This document shows positions 8,628 to 18,645 of a stretch of 36,796 nucleotides of DNA, one piece after another. This DNA comes from a virus (lineage: Duplodnaviria > Heunggongvirae > Uroviricota > Caudoviricetes). The stretch spans positions 1 to 36,796 of IMG/VR virus record IMGVR_UViG_2537562172_000001, one strand, 5' to 3'. The position numbers and the translations under genes are program-made. The stretch's first letter is position 1. Each line of letters opens with the position of its first letter. The notes below the pieces were generated by a model. The model did not search any database, was not told the origin of the DNA, and saw only the letters and a list, made by a program, of their open reading frames with translations.

Positions 8628-9628
8628 TAAATCAGGCTTCTGGCGCATTACAGAAAAAACAGAACGGCGCAGATATTCCCGATAAAAAACTATTCCTGCG
8701 TAATATCGGCACAACAAATTCAACAACCATGTCTTTTAGTGGTGGTGCTGGATGGTTCAAACTGGCAACTGTAACAATGCCACAAGCCAGTTCCGTGGTT
8801 TACATAAGCCTGATTGGTGGCGCAGGGTATAACGTTGGCTCCTCGCATCAAGCAGGCATCTCTGAGCTGGTTCTGCGTGCCGGAAATGGGAATCCAAAAG
8901 GTATTACTGGTGCATTATGGCGACGGACATCGTTTGGATTTACTAATTTTGCATGGGTGAATACATCCGGTAATACCTATGATGTTTATGTTGAAATAGG
9001 TAATTACGCCACAGGTGTTAATATTCAGTGGGATTATACCAGTAACGCCAGCGTAACGATTCATACATCACCAACTTATACAGCGAATAAACCAACAGGC
9101 CTGACAGATGGAACTGTATATGTAATTTACAGTTCGCACATTAAACCGACTGCTGCTGAGGTTGGGGCGTTGTCATTATCTGGCGGTCAATTGAATGGTG
9201 CACTGGGCATCGGAACATCCAGTGCTCTTGGTGGTAACTCGATTGTTTTGGGTGATAATGACACGGGATTTAAACAAAATGGCGACGGGCATCTGGATGT
9301 TTATGCGAATAACGTCCATGTTATGCGCTTTGTCTCCGGCAGTATTCAAAGTAATAAAACCATAAATATTACGGGGCGTGTTAATCCCACAGATTACGGT
9401 AACTTTGATTCCCGCTATGTCCGGGATATCCGGCTTGGTGGTGCTGCCACATACAAACCTGCGAACAATGGCATGACATGGACACATCAGGCACCGTCCG
9501 GGTGTGTATATTCCGGCATTATTGTTCAGGATACCGGCTCAAACTCTGCCGATAACATTGGTGGCGTATATTACAGGCCGGTTCAGAAATACATTAACGG
9601 GACATGGTATAACGTGGCACAGGTATAA
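8628..9628 (+). CDS. Silent alternative tail-fibre C-terminal cassette (promoterless; fused to H constant region after inversion)
   Basis: Frame is open from the crossover site (ORF track starts at the ATG at 8729). The first residues after the site ([17 protein letters not shown]) parallel H after its crossover site, and the C-terminus ...[12 protein letters not shown] parallels the H end ...[12 protein letters not shown]. Confidence 0.7.
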
Positions 9629-9631
9629 TTT

Positions 9632-10159
9632 ATGCAGCATTTGATAAATATAACAGCGGGTAATCCAAAAACGGTTGAACAATATCAATTGACAAAGGGT
9701 TTTGATGTTGTCTGGTTTTTTTCAGAAGATGGTAAGAACTGGTACGAAGAACAAAAGTATTTTGCTGATGACACGATAAAAATAGCGTACGACAAAGATA
9801 ATATTATCCGCTATGTGGAAAAGGATGTGACAGCTATCAGACCAGATGGATTAAGTGTTGTTGAAGTGCCAGATATTACTGCTAACCGACGGGCGGACAT
9901 TTCAGGGAACTGGATGTTTAAGGACGGCACAGTGATTAAACGAATTTATACGGCGGAGGAATTGCAGCAGCAGGCAGAAAATCGGAAAGCCAGACTTCTT
10001 GCAGATGCTGAATCCGTGATTTTGCCGCTGGAGCGTGCTGTCAGGCTGAATATGGCAACAGATGAGGAGCGTAGCCGACTGGATGCATGGGAACGCTACA
10101 GCGTTCTGGTCAGTCGTGTGGATACGGCAAATCCTGAATGGCCACAAAAGCCTGAATAA
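9632..10159 (+). CDS. Tail fibre assembly protein, alternative copy (G')
   Basis: 175 aa. N-terminus [24 protein letters not shown] is nearly identical to that of the convergent G copy, with a divergent C-terminal half, the usual pattern for paired fibre chaperones in invertible segments. Confidence 0.8.
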   Translation: MQHLINITAGNPKTVEQYQLTKGFDVVWFFSEDGKNWYEEQKYFADDTIKIAYDKDNIIRYVEKDVTAIRPDGLSVVEVPDITANRRADISGNWMFKDGTVIKRIYTAEELQQQAENRKARLLADAESVILPLERAVRLNMATDEERSRLDAWERYSVLVSRVDTANPEWPQKPE

Positions 10160-10164
10160 AAATT

Positions 10165-10190
10165 AAGGCCCGATAGCGGGCCTTGTTTCA
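10165..10190. terminator. Hairpin between the convergent tail-fibre assembly genes
   Basis: Stem aaggcccg / cgggcctt with short loop and flanking T/A-rich runs on both strands. Confidence 0.45.
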
Positions 10191-10721
10191 TTCTGGTTGT
10201 TCTGGAAACGTTACTGGCAGGCTGGAGGTGTCTGTGGATTCGACCTTCTGCGCATAGAGCATCCACTCGGTTAATTTTTGTTTATTCTCGTCGGAAATGA
10301 TGCCCAGCCGTAGCTGTGAGTCCCATAGCTGGGTTTTATCCCTGACAAGTTGCAACAGGCTTTGCTTTTCATTCTCTGCCTGCTGCCTCTGTTCCTCCTC
10401 GGTATAAGTTCGCTTTATCACTACGCCATCTTTGAACATCCATTTCCCCGAAATATCAGCCCGGCGATTTGCTGTAATATCAGGCAACTCAACGACACTT
10501 AAACCTTCTGGATTAATTGCCGATACATCTTTATCCATAGCAACAATTATTCCCTCTACAGTGTAAGCCAGTTTTATTGTATCTTTCTGAAAGTTTTTCA
10601 CTTCCTCATACCAGTTTTTTCCGTCTTCGGACCATAACCAGATAACATTAAAATTCTTTGTTAGCTGATATTGTTCAACGGTTTTTGGATTACCTGCGAC
10701 AATGTTTTTTAAATGCTGCAT
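10188..10721 (-). CDS. G: Tail fibre assembly protein (expressed copy)
   Basis: 177 aa, directly downstream of H in the same orientation. N-terminus [24 protein letters not shown]. Confidence 0.85.
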   Translation of the reverse strand: MQHLKNIVAGNPKTVEQYQLTKNFNVIWLWSEDGKNWYEEVKNFQKDTIKLAYTVEGIIVAMDKDVSAINPEGLSVVELPDITANRRADISGKWMFKDGVVIKRTYTEEEQRQQAENEKQSLLQLVRDKTQLWDSQLRLGIISDENKQKLTEWMLYAQKVESTDTSSLPVTFPEQPE

Positions 10722-10723
10722 GA

Positions 10724-13075
10724 TTATACCTGCGATACGTTATACCATGTTCCGTTAATTAACTTTTGTATTGGTCTGAATACTGCCGGATCATCGCCAT
10801 CAACTTCACCGACAATGCCAAGCCCCGTAATTGCATGACCTGACTTTTCATACATCACGCCTTTTTGCATAGTCTGAACAACACGTGTGCCCAGTCGAAT
10901 ATCTCGTACATAGCGAGAATCTGATTCGGCTTTGGTATATGCACCAACATCTCCTGCTGATGGCTTGCGTGTTGTGGTATAAAACTCTGACCAGTCAGCC
11001 TCAAATCCATAACCATCACGCGCTGAACGATAAAAAATACCGCCGTTCCTGTAATTCACGCGGAACTGTACAGCAGGGCAGCTCCCCGTATTCATATTGA
11101 AGTGGAGGATTAATGTCGATGCGCCACTAATGTTTGCGTTATAGACCCCGCTATTCCAGTTCCAGCCAACAGCTTTATCATTTCCGACAGTGCTTCCTGT
11201 TCGCCCTAAAGCAAATGCAGGTTGTTGATTTTTCGTGTTGTAGTCTCGTCGCCAGCCAGGAGCGTAAGCATCACCATGATTGATATAAGTGAATTGAGCG
11301 TTAGTAATTCCGTCACCGCTGGACGTGCTCGGCGTGGTAACGCGTATGGTCATTGCGCCGCGAGTGCCAATAACTTCCACCACAGCACCTGCAAGACAAA
11401 TATTTCCGCAACCTGTATCTGTAATGACCTTATTATTTGCATAAGCCCATGAGCCTTTGCACATCCAGTAAGGATGGTTAAATGCCCCCTGACTCTCCAG
11501 CCACGAAATAAATTGCGCGGTTGTCCAGACCTGATTATCGCCACCAATATCCAGCCATGCGCTATATGCGCGGCAGGCCCCAATATTTTTGGTGAAGGTA
11601 TCTTTTCCTGGAATATCTGCGCCGTTCTGGTTTTTCTGTAATGCGCCAGAAGCCTGATTTACCGTTTTCTGTAAACCGAGGTATTCGATAACGGCGGCAA
11701 CGGTAGATTTCGCAAGAATATCCCGCCCGACTTTTGTCAGAGTTGCCAGGCTGGCGACATCATTCCCCGTAAAATACGGAAACCTGTCTGCCGCAGTATC
11801 AAGCCCGGCCAGCGCCGTCAGGGTGGCATCTTTCGGTTGCTTACCCGCAAGCGCGTTAGTCATGGTGGTCGCAAAATTCGGGTCGTTTCCCAGCGCCGCC
11901 GCTAACTCGTTCAGCGTATTCAGTGCGTCAGGTGACGAATCTACAAGGGCGGCAATCGCAGCCATAACGAAAGCCGTGCTTGCGATTTGGGTATTATTCG
12001 TTCCCTGTCGCGCAGTTGGCGTTGTTGGCGTTCCGGTCAGCGCAGGACTGTTTAAGGGCGCTTTCTTGTTCGTTTCATCCATTACCACCTTAACCGCTTT
12101 CGATGTCGCGGCCAGTGTTTCAGACGTGCTGTTGGTGGCACTACTGAGCTGGACTATCCCTTTTTGTGCCGTCGTGGCGTCCTGAGCGGTATATTTTGCG
12201 TTAGCAAGGTCATACGCGGCCTTTACTGCTTTCGGCGTTGCAGCCTGCGTTTCAGACGTGCTGTTGGTGGCACTACTGAGCTGGACAAGACCTTTTCGCG
12301 CTGTAGTGGCGTCCTGTGCGGTATATTTCCCGTTAGCAAGGTCATAGGCTGCCTTGACCGCTTTCGGCGTTGCGGCCAGTGCTTCAGACGTGCTGTTGGT
12401 GGCGCTACTGAGCTGGACAAGACCTTTTCGCGCTGTAGTGGCGTCCTGTGCGGTATATTTCCCGTTAGCAAGGTCATAGGCTGCCTTGACCGCTTTCGGC
12501 GTTGCGGCCAGTGCTTCAGACGTGCTGTTGGTGGCGCTACTGAGTTGAACAAAGCCTTTTGCGGTCAGCGAGGCGTCCGGGTGACGTCGTGACTGTTCGT
12601 GCTCTGAGATTTTGTCATCCACATATTTGCGGGTTGCCAGAACCACAGACGGGTCGATTTTCAGCGTGATGGCTTCGGTGTTCGTGACAACCAGAATCAT
12701 GCGGATAGTCTGGGTGCGTCCACTGCCTTCCTGCAACTGCGGTTTGTACGTTTCCGGGCAGTTCGCCACCGCAATGAGTACGCCTTCATCATCATAAAGC
12801 CCAATCTCACGGATCCAGAATCCTCCCTCGTTTTCAGGGATAATTTGCTCCGCAATAATCTGGCTCTGATTGTTAGGGTCAACGCTCAGAAGATTCAGCG
12901 GTGCAATGCGTTTCTGGTTAATCAGTTTTGTCTGTGCCGGGTCTGGTGTCGGTAATACACCATTCGCATCACCAACGGCCATTTGCGTCAGATTCAGCTT
13001 ACTGCCGAGCATCGTCGCGTTAGCCAGTCGTGCCGCGCCCTGATTAGTCAGAATGGCGTAGTATTTCACTGTCAT
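10724..13075 (-). CDS. H: Tail fibre protein (constant N-terminal part plus currently expressed variable C-terminal part)
   Basis: 783 aa with internal ~45-aa tandem repeats ([42 protein letters not shown]) and a gix-like site inside the gene at about 11665..11691. C-terminus ...[11 protein letters not shown]. Confidence 0.9.
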   Translation of the reverse strand: MTVKYYAILTNQGAARLANATMLGSKLNLTQMAVGDANGVLPTPDPAQTKLINQKRIAPLNLLSVDPNNQSQIIAEQIIPENEGGFWIREIGLYDDEGVLIAVANCPETYKPQLQEGSGRTQTIRMILVVTNTEAITLKIDPSVVLATRKYVDDKISEHEQSRRHPDASLTAKGFVQLSSATNSTSEALAATPKAVKAAYDLANGKYTAQDATTARKGLVQLSSATNSTSEALAATPKAVKAAYDLANGKYTAQDATTARKGLVQLSSATNSTSETQAATPKAVKAAYDLANAKYTAQDATTAQKGIVQLSSATNSTSETLAATSKAVKVVMDETNKKAPLNSPALTGTPTTPTARQGTNNTQIASTAFVMAAIAALVDSSPDALNTLNELAAALGNDPNFATTMTNALAGKQPKDATLTALAGLDTAADRFPYFTGNDVASLATLTKVGRDILAKSTVAAVIEYLGLQKTVNQASGALQKNQNGADIPGKDTFTKNIGACRAYSAWLDIGGDNQVWTTAQFISWLESQGAFNHPYWMCKGSWAYANNKVITDTGCGNICLAGAVVEVIGTRGAMTIRVTTPSTSSGDGITNAQFTYINHGDAYAPGWRRDYNTKNQQPAFALGRTGSTVGNDKAVGWNWNSGVYNANISGASTLILHFNMNTGSCPAVQFRVNYRNGGIFYRSARDGYGFEADWSEFYTTTRKPSAGDVGAYTKAESDSRYVRDIRLGTRVVQTMQKGVMYEKSGHAITGLGIVGEVDGDDPAVFRPIQKLINGTWYNVSQV
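11665..11691. repeat. gix/cix-like inversion crossover site (left inverted repeat, inside H)
   Basis: ttttctgtaaaccgaggtattcgataa; its reverse complement ttatcgaatacctcggtttacagaaaa matches the 8598..8627 site at most positions. Confidence 0.7.
12105..12580. repeat. In-frame tandem repeats (~135 bp unit, about 3.5 copies) within the constant part of H
   Basis: Near-identical 135-bp units are visible directly in the sequence, for example two adjacent copies starting near 12247 and 12382. Confidence 0.7.
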
Positions 13076-13680
13076 GCGTTTACTCTCAGGTTATCAATTA
13101 AATGAATGACCGAGGCCGGGAAATAATCCCCTCCGACAATAATGGCCTCCGGGGTGTAGGGATAAACCGTCAGGGCGTCACCGTGATAGCATCCCGTACC
13201 AACGAAAATATTTCCGTTCACACTCAGGCTGATCGCCAGCCCTGTCAGATGGCGACTTACTGGTTTTGCATCCGCAATAAGGCGCTCAAGTTCCTGATAC
13301 ATTTCATCGGTGATGCCCTGATCAAGTACTCCGACAACAATGCGAAATGTTCCCGGCTCCTCGTTGAGTTGCCACCACTCCTTTACTTCAATCAGGTAGC
13401 CGAGAGGCTCTACGGCTCTTCGCAGTGCGCTGATGGTCCCTTTGTGTCGGTGTATCAGCCATGCATCACGAATCACCTGTCGCTTTGTCTCTTCCGGCCA
13501 GTTGCGATCCCAGCGGTCAACGGAAAATGCCCAGGCGAGATAAGGCAGCAGATGCACCGGGCATGTGTCCGGCGACCACAGCGTGTTGAGGTCTACCGGA
13601 ATGTCTGTAATGCGTGTTCCGACGGCTTCGGCACAACGCATGAAACTGCTGGCTGATGGTGGTAACAGTGAATTACTCAT
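13072..13680 (-). CDS. I: Baseplate assembly protein I
   Basis: ORF 13072..13713; more likely start is the internal ATG at 13680, which overlaps the J stop by a few nt. Position between J and H matches P2 gpI. Confidence 0.75.
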   Translation of the reverse strand: MSNSLLPPSASSFMRCAEAVGTRITDIPVDLNTLWSPDTCPVHLLPYLAWAFSVDRWDRNWPEETKRQVIRDAWLIHRHKGTISALRRAVEPLGYLIEVKEWWQLNEEPGTFRIVVGVLDQGITDEMYQELERLIADAKPVSRHLTGLAISLSVNGNIFVGTGCYHGDALTVYPYTPEAIIVGGDYFPASVIHLIDNLRVNA

Positions 13681-14569
13681 TGCGCCCACCTTCGCTGATG
13701 GTGAATGACTCACAGCGCGCCGCCTGTATGTCGCTGATGGCCATATTCTGTGTGGGTTCGATTATCTCCACGCGTTGCACACCGTGCACATGCAGTGCGG
13801 CAGCAATGGCGGACAACGCCACGTCCTGACCGATAAGCCCCTGCTCAGCCAGCCACTTCCTGAACGACGATTCAGCCGCAGCCAGAATAGGTTCGGATTC
13901 CGGGCCGGGGTAAAAGTACAGTTTTGCATTCAGCCGCCATGTCACGATGCTGGCGCTCTGTACGGTCAGGCGGTCGGCCACCGGGCGGGTATCCTCTGCA
14001 TTCAGAACGGCGCGAACGGTATTAAGCAACGCCTCCGTTGCTGTGCCGTCGCCTTCAGTGGACAGGATGGAAACCGTCACATTTGCCGGAGACGGACTGA
14101 TAGCCCGCGCATCACGCACCAGACCGCTGGCGCTGCGTGCAAAATACTCGTATGCACCTGACGGGCCAGCAACACTCAGGCCGTCATACGCCCGCTGCGC
14201 CCGCAGTCTCAGCGAGGTGTCGCTTTCCATCACCGCGTCGGTGGTATCCGTTGCCGGAGTGATAACCAGGCGCTTTGTGTTCATATTGCCCGCGAGGTTG
14301 TCCAGGTCTGCCCCGGCGCTGTGGCTTAGCATGCAGGCGCGTGCACCCTCATTGACCCGCTGGCGTAACAGCATTTCACGAAACGCTGTTGTCTGGGCGA
14401 TAACGTTCAGGGGTTCCGATTCCAGCTCCAGCGCGGCGGAGACGGCTTCACGCTGTTCGGCGGGATAAGCCGCAATCATCATGGCCTTTGTATCAGCCAG
14501 AATTGCCTCAAAGTCAGGCTCCGCGATGATGGCGGGGTCCGGTAACTGTGAAAGGTCAACGGCGGGCAT
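13673..14569 (-). CDS. J: Baseplate protein J
   Basis: 298 aa (P2 gpJ is about 300 aa), sitting between W and I. Confidence 0.85.
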   Translation of the reverse strand: MPAVDLSQLPDPAIIAEPDFEAILADTKAMMIAAYPAEQREAVSAALELESEPLNVIAQTTAFREMLLRQRVNEGARACMLSHSAGADLDNLAGNMNTKRLVITPATDTTDAVMESDTSLRLRAQRAYDGLSVAGPSGAYEYFARSASGLVRDARAISPSPANVTVSILSTEGDGTATEALLNTVRAVLNAEDTRPVADRLTVQSASIVTWRLNAKLYFYPGPESEPILAAAESSFRKWLAEQGLIGQDVALSAIAAALHVHGVQRVEIIEPTQNMAISDIQAARCESFTISEGGRNE

Positions 14570-14572
14570 GAT

Positions 14573-14923
14573 TTACTCCCTCAGCGTGATGGTTAATTCA
14601 ACATTCTGCATGGTCTGCATGACAGTGCCCGACAGCGTCACCCCGGCGCGGCCTCCCGCTTTCCAGACAACGTCGATGGCATCCAGGGCAATGCGGGGTT
14701 CCCATCGTGTCAGCGCAATCACGGCAGCACTCATGCATTGCAGACGCGTGGTGTTATTCATGGGTTCGTCAATCAAATCAGGCACAAGGCTGCCATATTC
14801 CCGTCGCATAACCCGGCTTGCCAGCGGGGTGGTCAGGATGTCCCTGACTGACTGTTTCAGGTGCTCCATATCGTTCAGGTTTCCCGTCCCGTCCGGATTC
14901 ATTCCTGTGTAGCGGGTTGTCAC
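14573..14923 (-). CDS. W: Baseplate wedge protein W (gp25-like)
   Basis: 116 aa, between V and J. Size and synteny match P2 gpW. Confidence 0.85.
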   Translation of the reverse strand: MTTRYTGMNPDGTGNLNDMEHLKQSVRDILTTPLASRVMRREYGSLVPDLIDEPMNNTTRLQCMSAAVIALTRWEPRIALDAIDVVWKAGGRAGVTLSGTVMQTMQNVELTITLRE

Positions 14924-15501
14924 TGCGGGCCTCCTGTCGAATCGCTGCCGCCTTTCACGCCACCGTGTTTATGCGTATGCACGGTAATGCCGTTTGAGGT
15001 GAAGTTGCCGCCGCTGTGCGTGATATTGCCGCTCATCTTTCCTCCTTTTGTGACGTCAAGCGTCGCCGTTCTCAGAAGGTTTGTGCATTCCACGACGGGC
15101 GTATCCAGTTTCACGCTGACGGATGCTTGTAAAGTGGCCGTTTTCATGCCGCTGGCGCTCAGTGCGCCAGCGTCCGCGTCGTAGCGGAACACCGCGCCGT
15201 CCGGCGCGCTGATCACGATTTCTTTCAGGCTTTTGCCGGGTGCCGGATTGGCATCACTCCACAGGCTGCCAATTATCATGGCGGTTTCCGGGTTGCCGCC
15301 AATGCAGGCAATTACCACCTGTTCGCCTGGTGATGGCGGCAGCCACACATTGAAGGCTCCCGCGCGCGTGGTGTTCCAGCGCAACCAGCCTGTTTCCAGT
15401 TTGCCGCTGCGAACGCGCACGCGCCAGGACTTCTCATCAACTTCAGAGATGATCCCGGTGCGGATGATATTGCTCAGCAGTCGCATGAGTTCTGCGCTCA
15501 C
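14920..15501 (-). CDS. V: Baseplate spike/assembly protein V
   Basis: 193 aa with a Gly-rich C-terminus, upstream of W. Synteny with P2 gpV. Confidence 0.8.
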   Translation of the reverse strand: MSAELMRLLSNIIRTGIISEVDEKSWRVRVRSGKLETGWLRWNTTRAGAFNVWLPPSPGEQVVIACIGGNPETAMIIGSLWSDANPAPGKSLKEIVISAPDGAVFRYDADAGALSASGMKTATLQASVSVKLDTPVVECTNLLRTATLDVTKGGKMSGNITHSGGNFTSNGITVHTHKHGGVKGGSDSTGGPQ

Positions 15502-16142
15502 CGTACAGCCTCCGCAATCCGGCCCAGCACCGTGTTATAAATCAGGCGCTCATCTGCCTGGCTGATACCCAGCAGCTCACGTACCGGGTAATCGGTGAAA
15601 ATGCCCGGCGCAACCTGATCGCGCTCACCGAACTGATGAACGCGGGCAATACGTGCGGCCACGCCGCTGTAACCCACCGTCACACCGGAAGCATCTGCAC
15701 GGGCTTTCAGGTAGCGGGCGGTGCGCAGTTTTACGAACATGGGGACGCGCTTTGTGCTGTCCTGGTTGATGCGCCGGGTGCGTATTTCCAGAAAACGGTC
15801 GATGTCATCCCGGTAAAACGTGCGGATATTGTTTTTATCCTCATCCCACCCGGTAATGGTTCGCCCGTATTTCCCCGTGTCGTGATGCCAGTTTTTCAGC
15901 GTGCGTGCTTCGTTATTCCAGATAAAGCGAATGCGTTCCTGTATCCGGGTTACGCGGCGTCTGCGTGGTGTCCACGCGGTCCCGTCCGGCGCTTTCTGTG
16001 ACCGGATACGCGCCTGCTGGGCGCGGCGTAAATCCTGTGCCAGCTTTCTGGCGATGTTATTGATGGCCTGCTGATTCAGGCTGTCGCGGATGGCCTCAAA
16101 GGTTTCATCCACGCGGGTGAATGCCTTATCCATCGCTTTCAC
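15498..16142 (-). CDS. S: Tail completion / virion morphogenesis protein S-like
   Basis: ORF between R and V in the P2 S position. At 214 aa it is longer than P2 S, so the start or domain content is uncertain. Confidence 0.65.
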   Translation of the reverse strand: MKAMDKAFTRVDETFEAIRDSLNQQAINNIARKLAQDLRRAQQARIRSQKAPDGTAWTPRRRRVTRIQERIRFIWNNEARTLKNWHHDTGKYGRTITGWDEDKNNIRTFYRDDIDRFLEIRTRRINQDSTKRVPMFVKLRTARYLKARADASGVTVGYSGVAARIARVHQFGERDQVAPGIFTDYPVRELLGISQADERLIYNTVLGRIAEAVR

Positions 16143-16593
16143 CCCACGTCACATCCTGGAATACATGCGACCAGTCGCCTTCGGGAGATGGCAGGCGGGG
16201 TTTTGGCTCCGGCAGGTGTTCTGCCTGCGGCGCGCCCTGACTGCTGCGCGTGATGCGAACGCGTTCCCGCAGGGGGAGCGTAAACAGGAGATCGGCGCTG
16301 TCATCGTCATTGATAACGGCGGAGAATTTGATGTCCTGATTACGCTCCGGATTGAGCAACAACTGCGGCTGATTTTTGGATAACCACGCCAGCAGCGGCA
16401 GCGTGAGGTCGTCCAGCTCCCCGGCGTAATCCATGACAAACATCACCATCTGATAGCGGTAAACAAACGAGGGCGTTTCTCCGGTCGTTTCAATGTTGCC
16501 GCTCTCCACGAAAATGGTGAATTTTTCCGGGTTGGCCTGACACCATCGGCATGAACGGGTCATGGCTTCACGCAGGGAATCAGTTTTCAGCAT
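16126..16593 (-). CDS. R: Tail completion protein R
   Basis: 155 aa, the same length as P2 gpR, directly after the lysis cassette. Confidence 0.75.
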   Translation of the reverse strand: MLKTDSLREAMTRSCRWCQANPEKFTIFVESGNIETTGETPSFVYRYQMVMFVMDYAGELDDLTLPLLAWLSKNQPQLLLNPERNQDIKFSAVINDDDSADLLFTLPLRERVRITRSSQGAPQAEHLPEPKPRLPSPEGDWSHVFQDVTWGESDG

Positions 16594-16870
16594 GGTTGTT
16601 GTCCTCGTTGTTCAGTCGTTGCAGCCTGCGCTGTTCCAGTAATTCAATGGCCCGTTTATCCGCGTTACAGGTTTCCAGTGCATCCAGAAGGCGGTCGCCC
16701 CATATACCGAGATTTCCCCATGTGGGAGTGTCAGGGAAGGGGGGAGGCGTTACCGGTATGGTCAGCGTCTGCGGTATAAGCCGGACTGACGGCGCTGGCA
16801 GTGGCGCGTTCTGCGTGCCTGCGCAACCTGTCAGTAAAACGAGCGTCAGGCAAAGCGTGGGCGCATTCAT
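16580..16870 (-). CDS. Rz1-like outer-membrane lipoprotein spanin component (LysC-like)
   Basis: From the internal Met: MNAPTLCLTLVLLTGCAG carries a lipobox (LTGC), followed by a Pro-rich segment. Encoded in a different frame overlapping the 3' end of the Rz-like gene and the 5' end of R, as P2 lysC does. Confidence 0.65.
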   Translation of the reverse strand: MNAPTLCLTLVLLTGCAGTQNAPLPAPSVRLIPQTLTIPVTPPPFPDTPTWGNLGIWGDRLLDALETCNADKRAIELLEQRRLQRLNNEDNNHAEN

Positions 16871-17138
16871 CTTTTGCAATATCGTTGCGTAGCTGTTCAC
16901 GTCTGGCCTCTCCGTCCTGATTTCTCTGTTGATTTTCCACGCGGAGTTGCGCCAGCACCTGCTGCATATCCTGTACCCCGGTGCTGATGATATTCAGGGT
17001 GTCGACGGTACTTTTCAGGGCGCTGGCCTGCGCTTCGTTTCTGGCGTTCTCCCGGCCCAGCGACCACGACAGACGCATGGATGTTCCCCATGCGGCAATC
17101 AGAAGGAAAGCGACGCCCAGCGTGGGCCAGAGCTTCAT
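16731..17138 (-). CDS. Rz-like inner-membrane spanin component (LysB-like)
   Basis: From the internal Met at 17138 (MKLWPTLGVAFLLIAAWG...): N-terminal TM helix then coiled-coil-like region. Start overlaps the endolysin stop. Confidence 0.65.
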   Translation of the reverse strand: MKLWPTLGVAFLLIAAWGTSMRLSWSLGRENARNEAQASALKSTVDTLNIISTGVQDMQQVLAQLRVENQQRNQDGEARREQLRNDIAKDECAHALPDARFTDRLRRHAERATASAVSPAYTADADHTGNASPLP

Positions 17139-17527
17139 GCCGGATAGGCTCCGTGTGGTAACTGAAAATGCGGTCCGTCTTTCAGGGTCTTCCAGTCGCC
17201 GCCCCATTCCACCGGAATATTCAGTTCCCGGCTGGCCTGTCTGAATGCTGCTGCGATTTTTTCGTACAGCGGCCATTCCCATGACACCTGGCTGCCGATA
17301 TAAGCCACAACATCCACGGCATGCCCCGTAAGGTGGCGGCTGTTCATGGTCTGGCTCTTACCCGTGGCCACCAGTTGCTTCTGGCGGTAACGGCTGCGCA
17401 CCCCTTCGGTGATACCAAAATCCACTTCCGAGATTTCCAGTGCCCGTCGGGTCACTTTCACCAGATCAGGATTTACGCCCTGCAAATTCTTTTCGCTCCG
17501 GCTGCTGAATTTAAATGTGTTGCTCAT
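17135..17527 (-). CDS. Endolysin, peptidase M15 (L-alanyl-D-glutamate / D-Ala-D-Ala peptidase-like)
   Basis: 130 aa containing SRHLTGHAVDV (His/Asp zinc-binding pattern of M15 peptidases). Lies between the holin and spanin genes. Confidence 0.75.
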   Translation of the reverse strand: MSNTFKFSSRSEKNLQGVNPDLVKVTRRALEISEVDFGITEGVRSRYRQKQLVATGKSQTMNSRHLTGHAVDVVAYIGSQVSWEWPLYEKIAAAFRQASRELNIPVEWGGDWKTLKDGPHFQLPHGAYPA

Positions 17528-17847
17528 TCGTCCTTCTCCTTCACCCTGCGATTAAAGGCCGCAATAACCTTGTCGCGTGCTTTCTCTGCCCCCATAAAAC
17601 CGATTGATGCGCCGATAAACGTCACGGCATCTTCAGGAAAACCGAAGAAGCGCAACGACCCGGCCACGGCCATGGCAAGAACGCCGCACGCCAGCGATCC
17701 CGTTACGGTCTGAACCAGTGTTCGTCCGTCATAAAGACTCATCAGCGCGGAAATGCTGACCGCCGCGCCTACTGCATACACCGTTGGCAGGTGGTCAAAG
17801 AGCCATGCAATAACCTGCTCTGTAATCCCTGTTTGAATGGTGCTCAC
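17524..17847 (-). CDS. Holin
   Basis: 107 aa with hydrophobic TM segments and a charged C-terminus (RRVKEKDE), immediately upstream of the endolysin. Apparent GTG start. Confidence 0.65.
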   Translation of the reverse strand: MSTIQTGITEQVIAWLFDHLPTVYAVGAAVSISALMSLYDGRTLVQTVTGSLACGVLAMAVAGSLRFFGFPEDAVTFIGASIGFMGAEKARDKVIAAFNRRVKEKDE

Positions 17848-18049
17848 TGCTACTCCCCCACAACTGAATCATTTCTCGTTTCTTCTTCTCCGGCTCCGGC
17901 ATCTCCACTTCCTGCCCGGCGTCCAGAAATACCTGCTGACAGAGTCCGGGGTTGGCATCCAGCACCTTTTCGGTGACGCCCTGCGTCGTGCCGTAGTACC
18001 GGAAACAGAGCGAATCCACGGTGTCGCCTTCCAGTGCCTTCACTTTCAT
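17795..18049 (-). CDS. X: Tail protein X (LysM-like)
   Basis: From the internal Met: MKVKALEGDTVDSLCFRYYGTTQGVTEKVLDANPGL resembles P2 gpX (MKTFALQGDTLDAICVRYYGRTEGVVETVLAANPGL). Start overlaps the L stop. Confidence 0.75.
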   Translation of the reverse strand: MKVKALEGDTVDSLCFRYYGTTQGVTEKVLDANPGLCQQVFLDAGQEVEMPEPEKKKREMIQLWGSSSEHHSNRDYRAGYCMAL

Positions 18050-18552
18050 CAGCACAACTCCGCAAAGATTCGCGGGCGGCACAGAATGTCAGAGATGGCC
18101 CAGCTCACATCGCGCCACAAATCCGATGTCTGTATATCCAGTGCGTCCGCCCGGCGGTCGCCCTTGTCCGTTGTGTCCGCATCGCGGTAACGCTCCAGAA
18201 TCAGGGCGCGGGTGGCGGTGTAAACCGCATTGCGCCAGTGCCAGAGATTGACGCTTTCTCCGTTAATTACGGGTGCCGGAACATCGGCCAGCGTCTGATG
18301 GCCAGCCGCCTGCTGTTCCTGCTGCCATGTTTCCAGCTCGCGGGTAACGTGTGCCACAGCTCCGGTGGCGGTATGCAGCAGGCGGGAGGTGGTCACGCGC
18401 CCCGGCAGTCGTACAGCCAGACGCAGCTCGCGCAGCACAATATCCGGCCAGAATGCACCTGCTGAAATGCGAGTGTCGCCATCATCGGTATCGGTGATGT
18501 CGTCCTCTGCGGGTCCTGGTTCAGTTCTGGCAACCATACTCATGGGGTTCAC
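18049..18552 (-). CDS. L: Head completion/stabilisation protein
   Basis: 167 aa (P2 gpL is 169 aa), between M and X. Confidence 0.8.
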   Translation of the reverse strand: MNPMSMVARTEPGPAEDDITDTDDGDTRISAGAFWPDIVLRELRLAVRLPGRVTTSRLLHTATGAVAHVTRELETWQQEQQAAGHQTLADVPAPVINGESVNLWHWRNAVYTATRALILERYRDADTTDKGDRRADALDIQTSDLWRDVSWAISDILCRPRIFAELC

Positions 18553-18645
18553 TCCTGAAAAAAATCGGGCGGTGGGTGCGCGGTGTAAACGGTCACGGAG
18601 TCAAACCGGAACACCGAGCACGCCGCCCGCTGACGGGGTCAGTCG

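Larger units (their letters stand above)
8598..11691. other. Invertible tail-fibre host-range segment (~3.1 kb)
   Basis: Bounded by inverted gix-like sites. Contains the expressed variable C-terminus of H plus G in one orientation, and a silent alternative C-terminus plus G' in the other. The reading frame is open across both crossover sites, with shared residues [16 protein letters not shown] on each side. Confidence 0.75.

Noticed and set aside
12105-12580. CRISPR-like regular repeats
   Set aside because: The repeats are 135-bp in-frame coding repeats inside the tail fibre gene, with no short repeat-spacer periodicity and no cas genes.
16897-17091. 64-aa minus-strand ORF within the spanin region
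   Set aside because: Highly basic low-complexity product in a third frame across the Rz-like gene. The Rz/Rz1 pair already accounts for the two overlapping frames.
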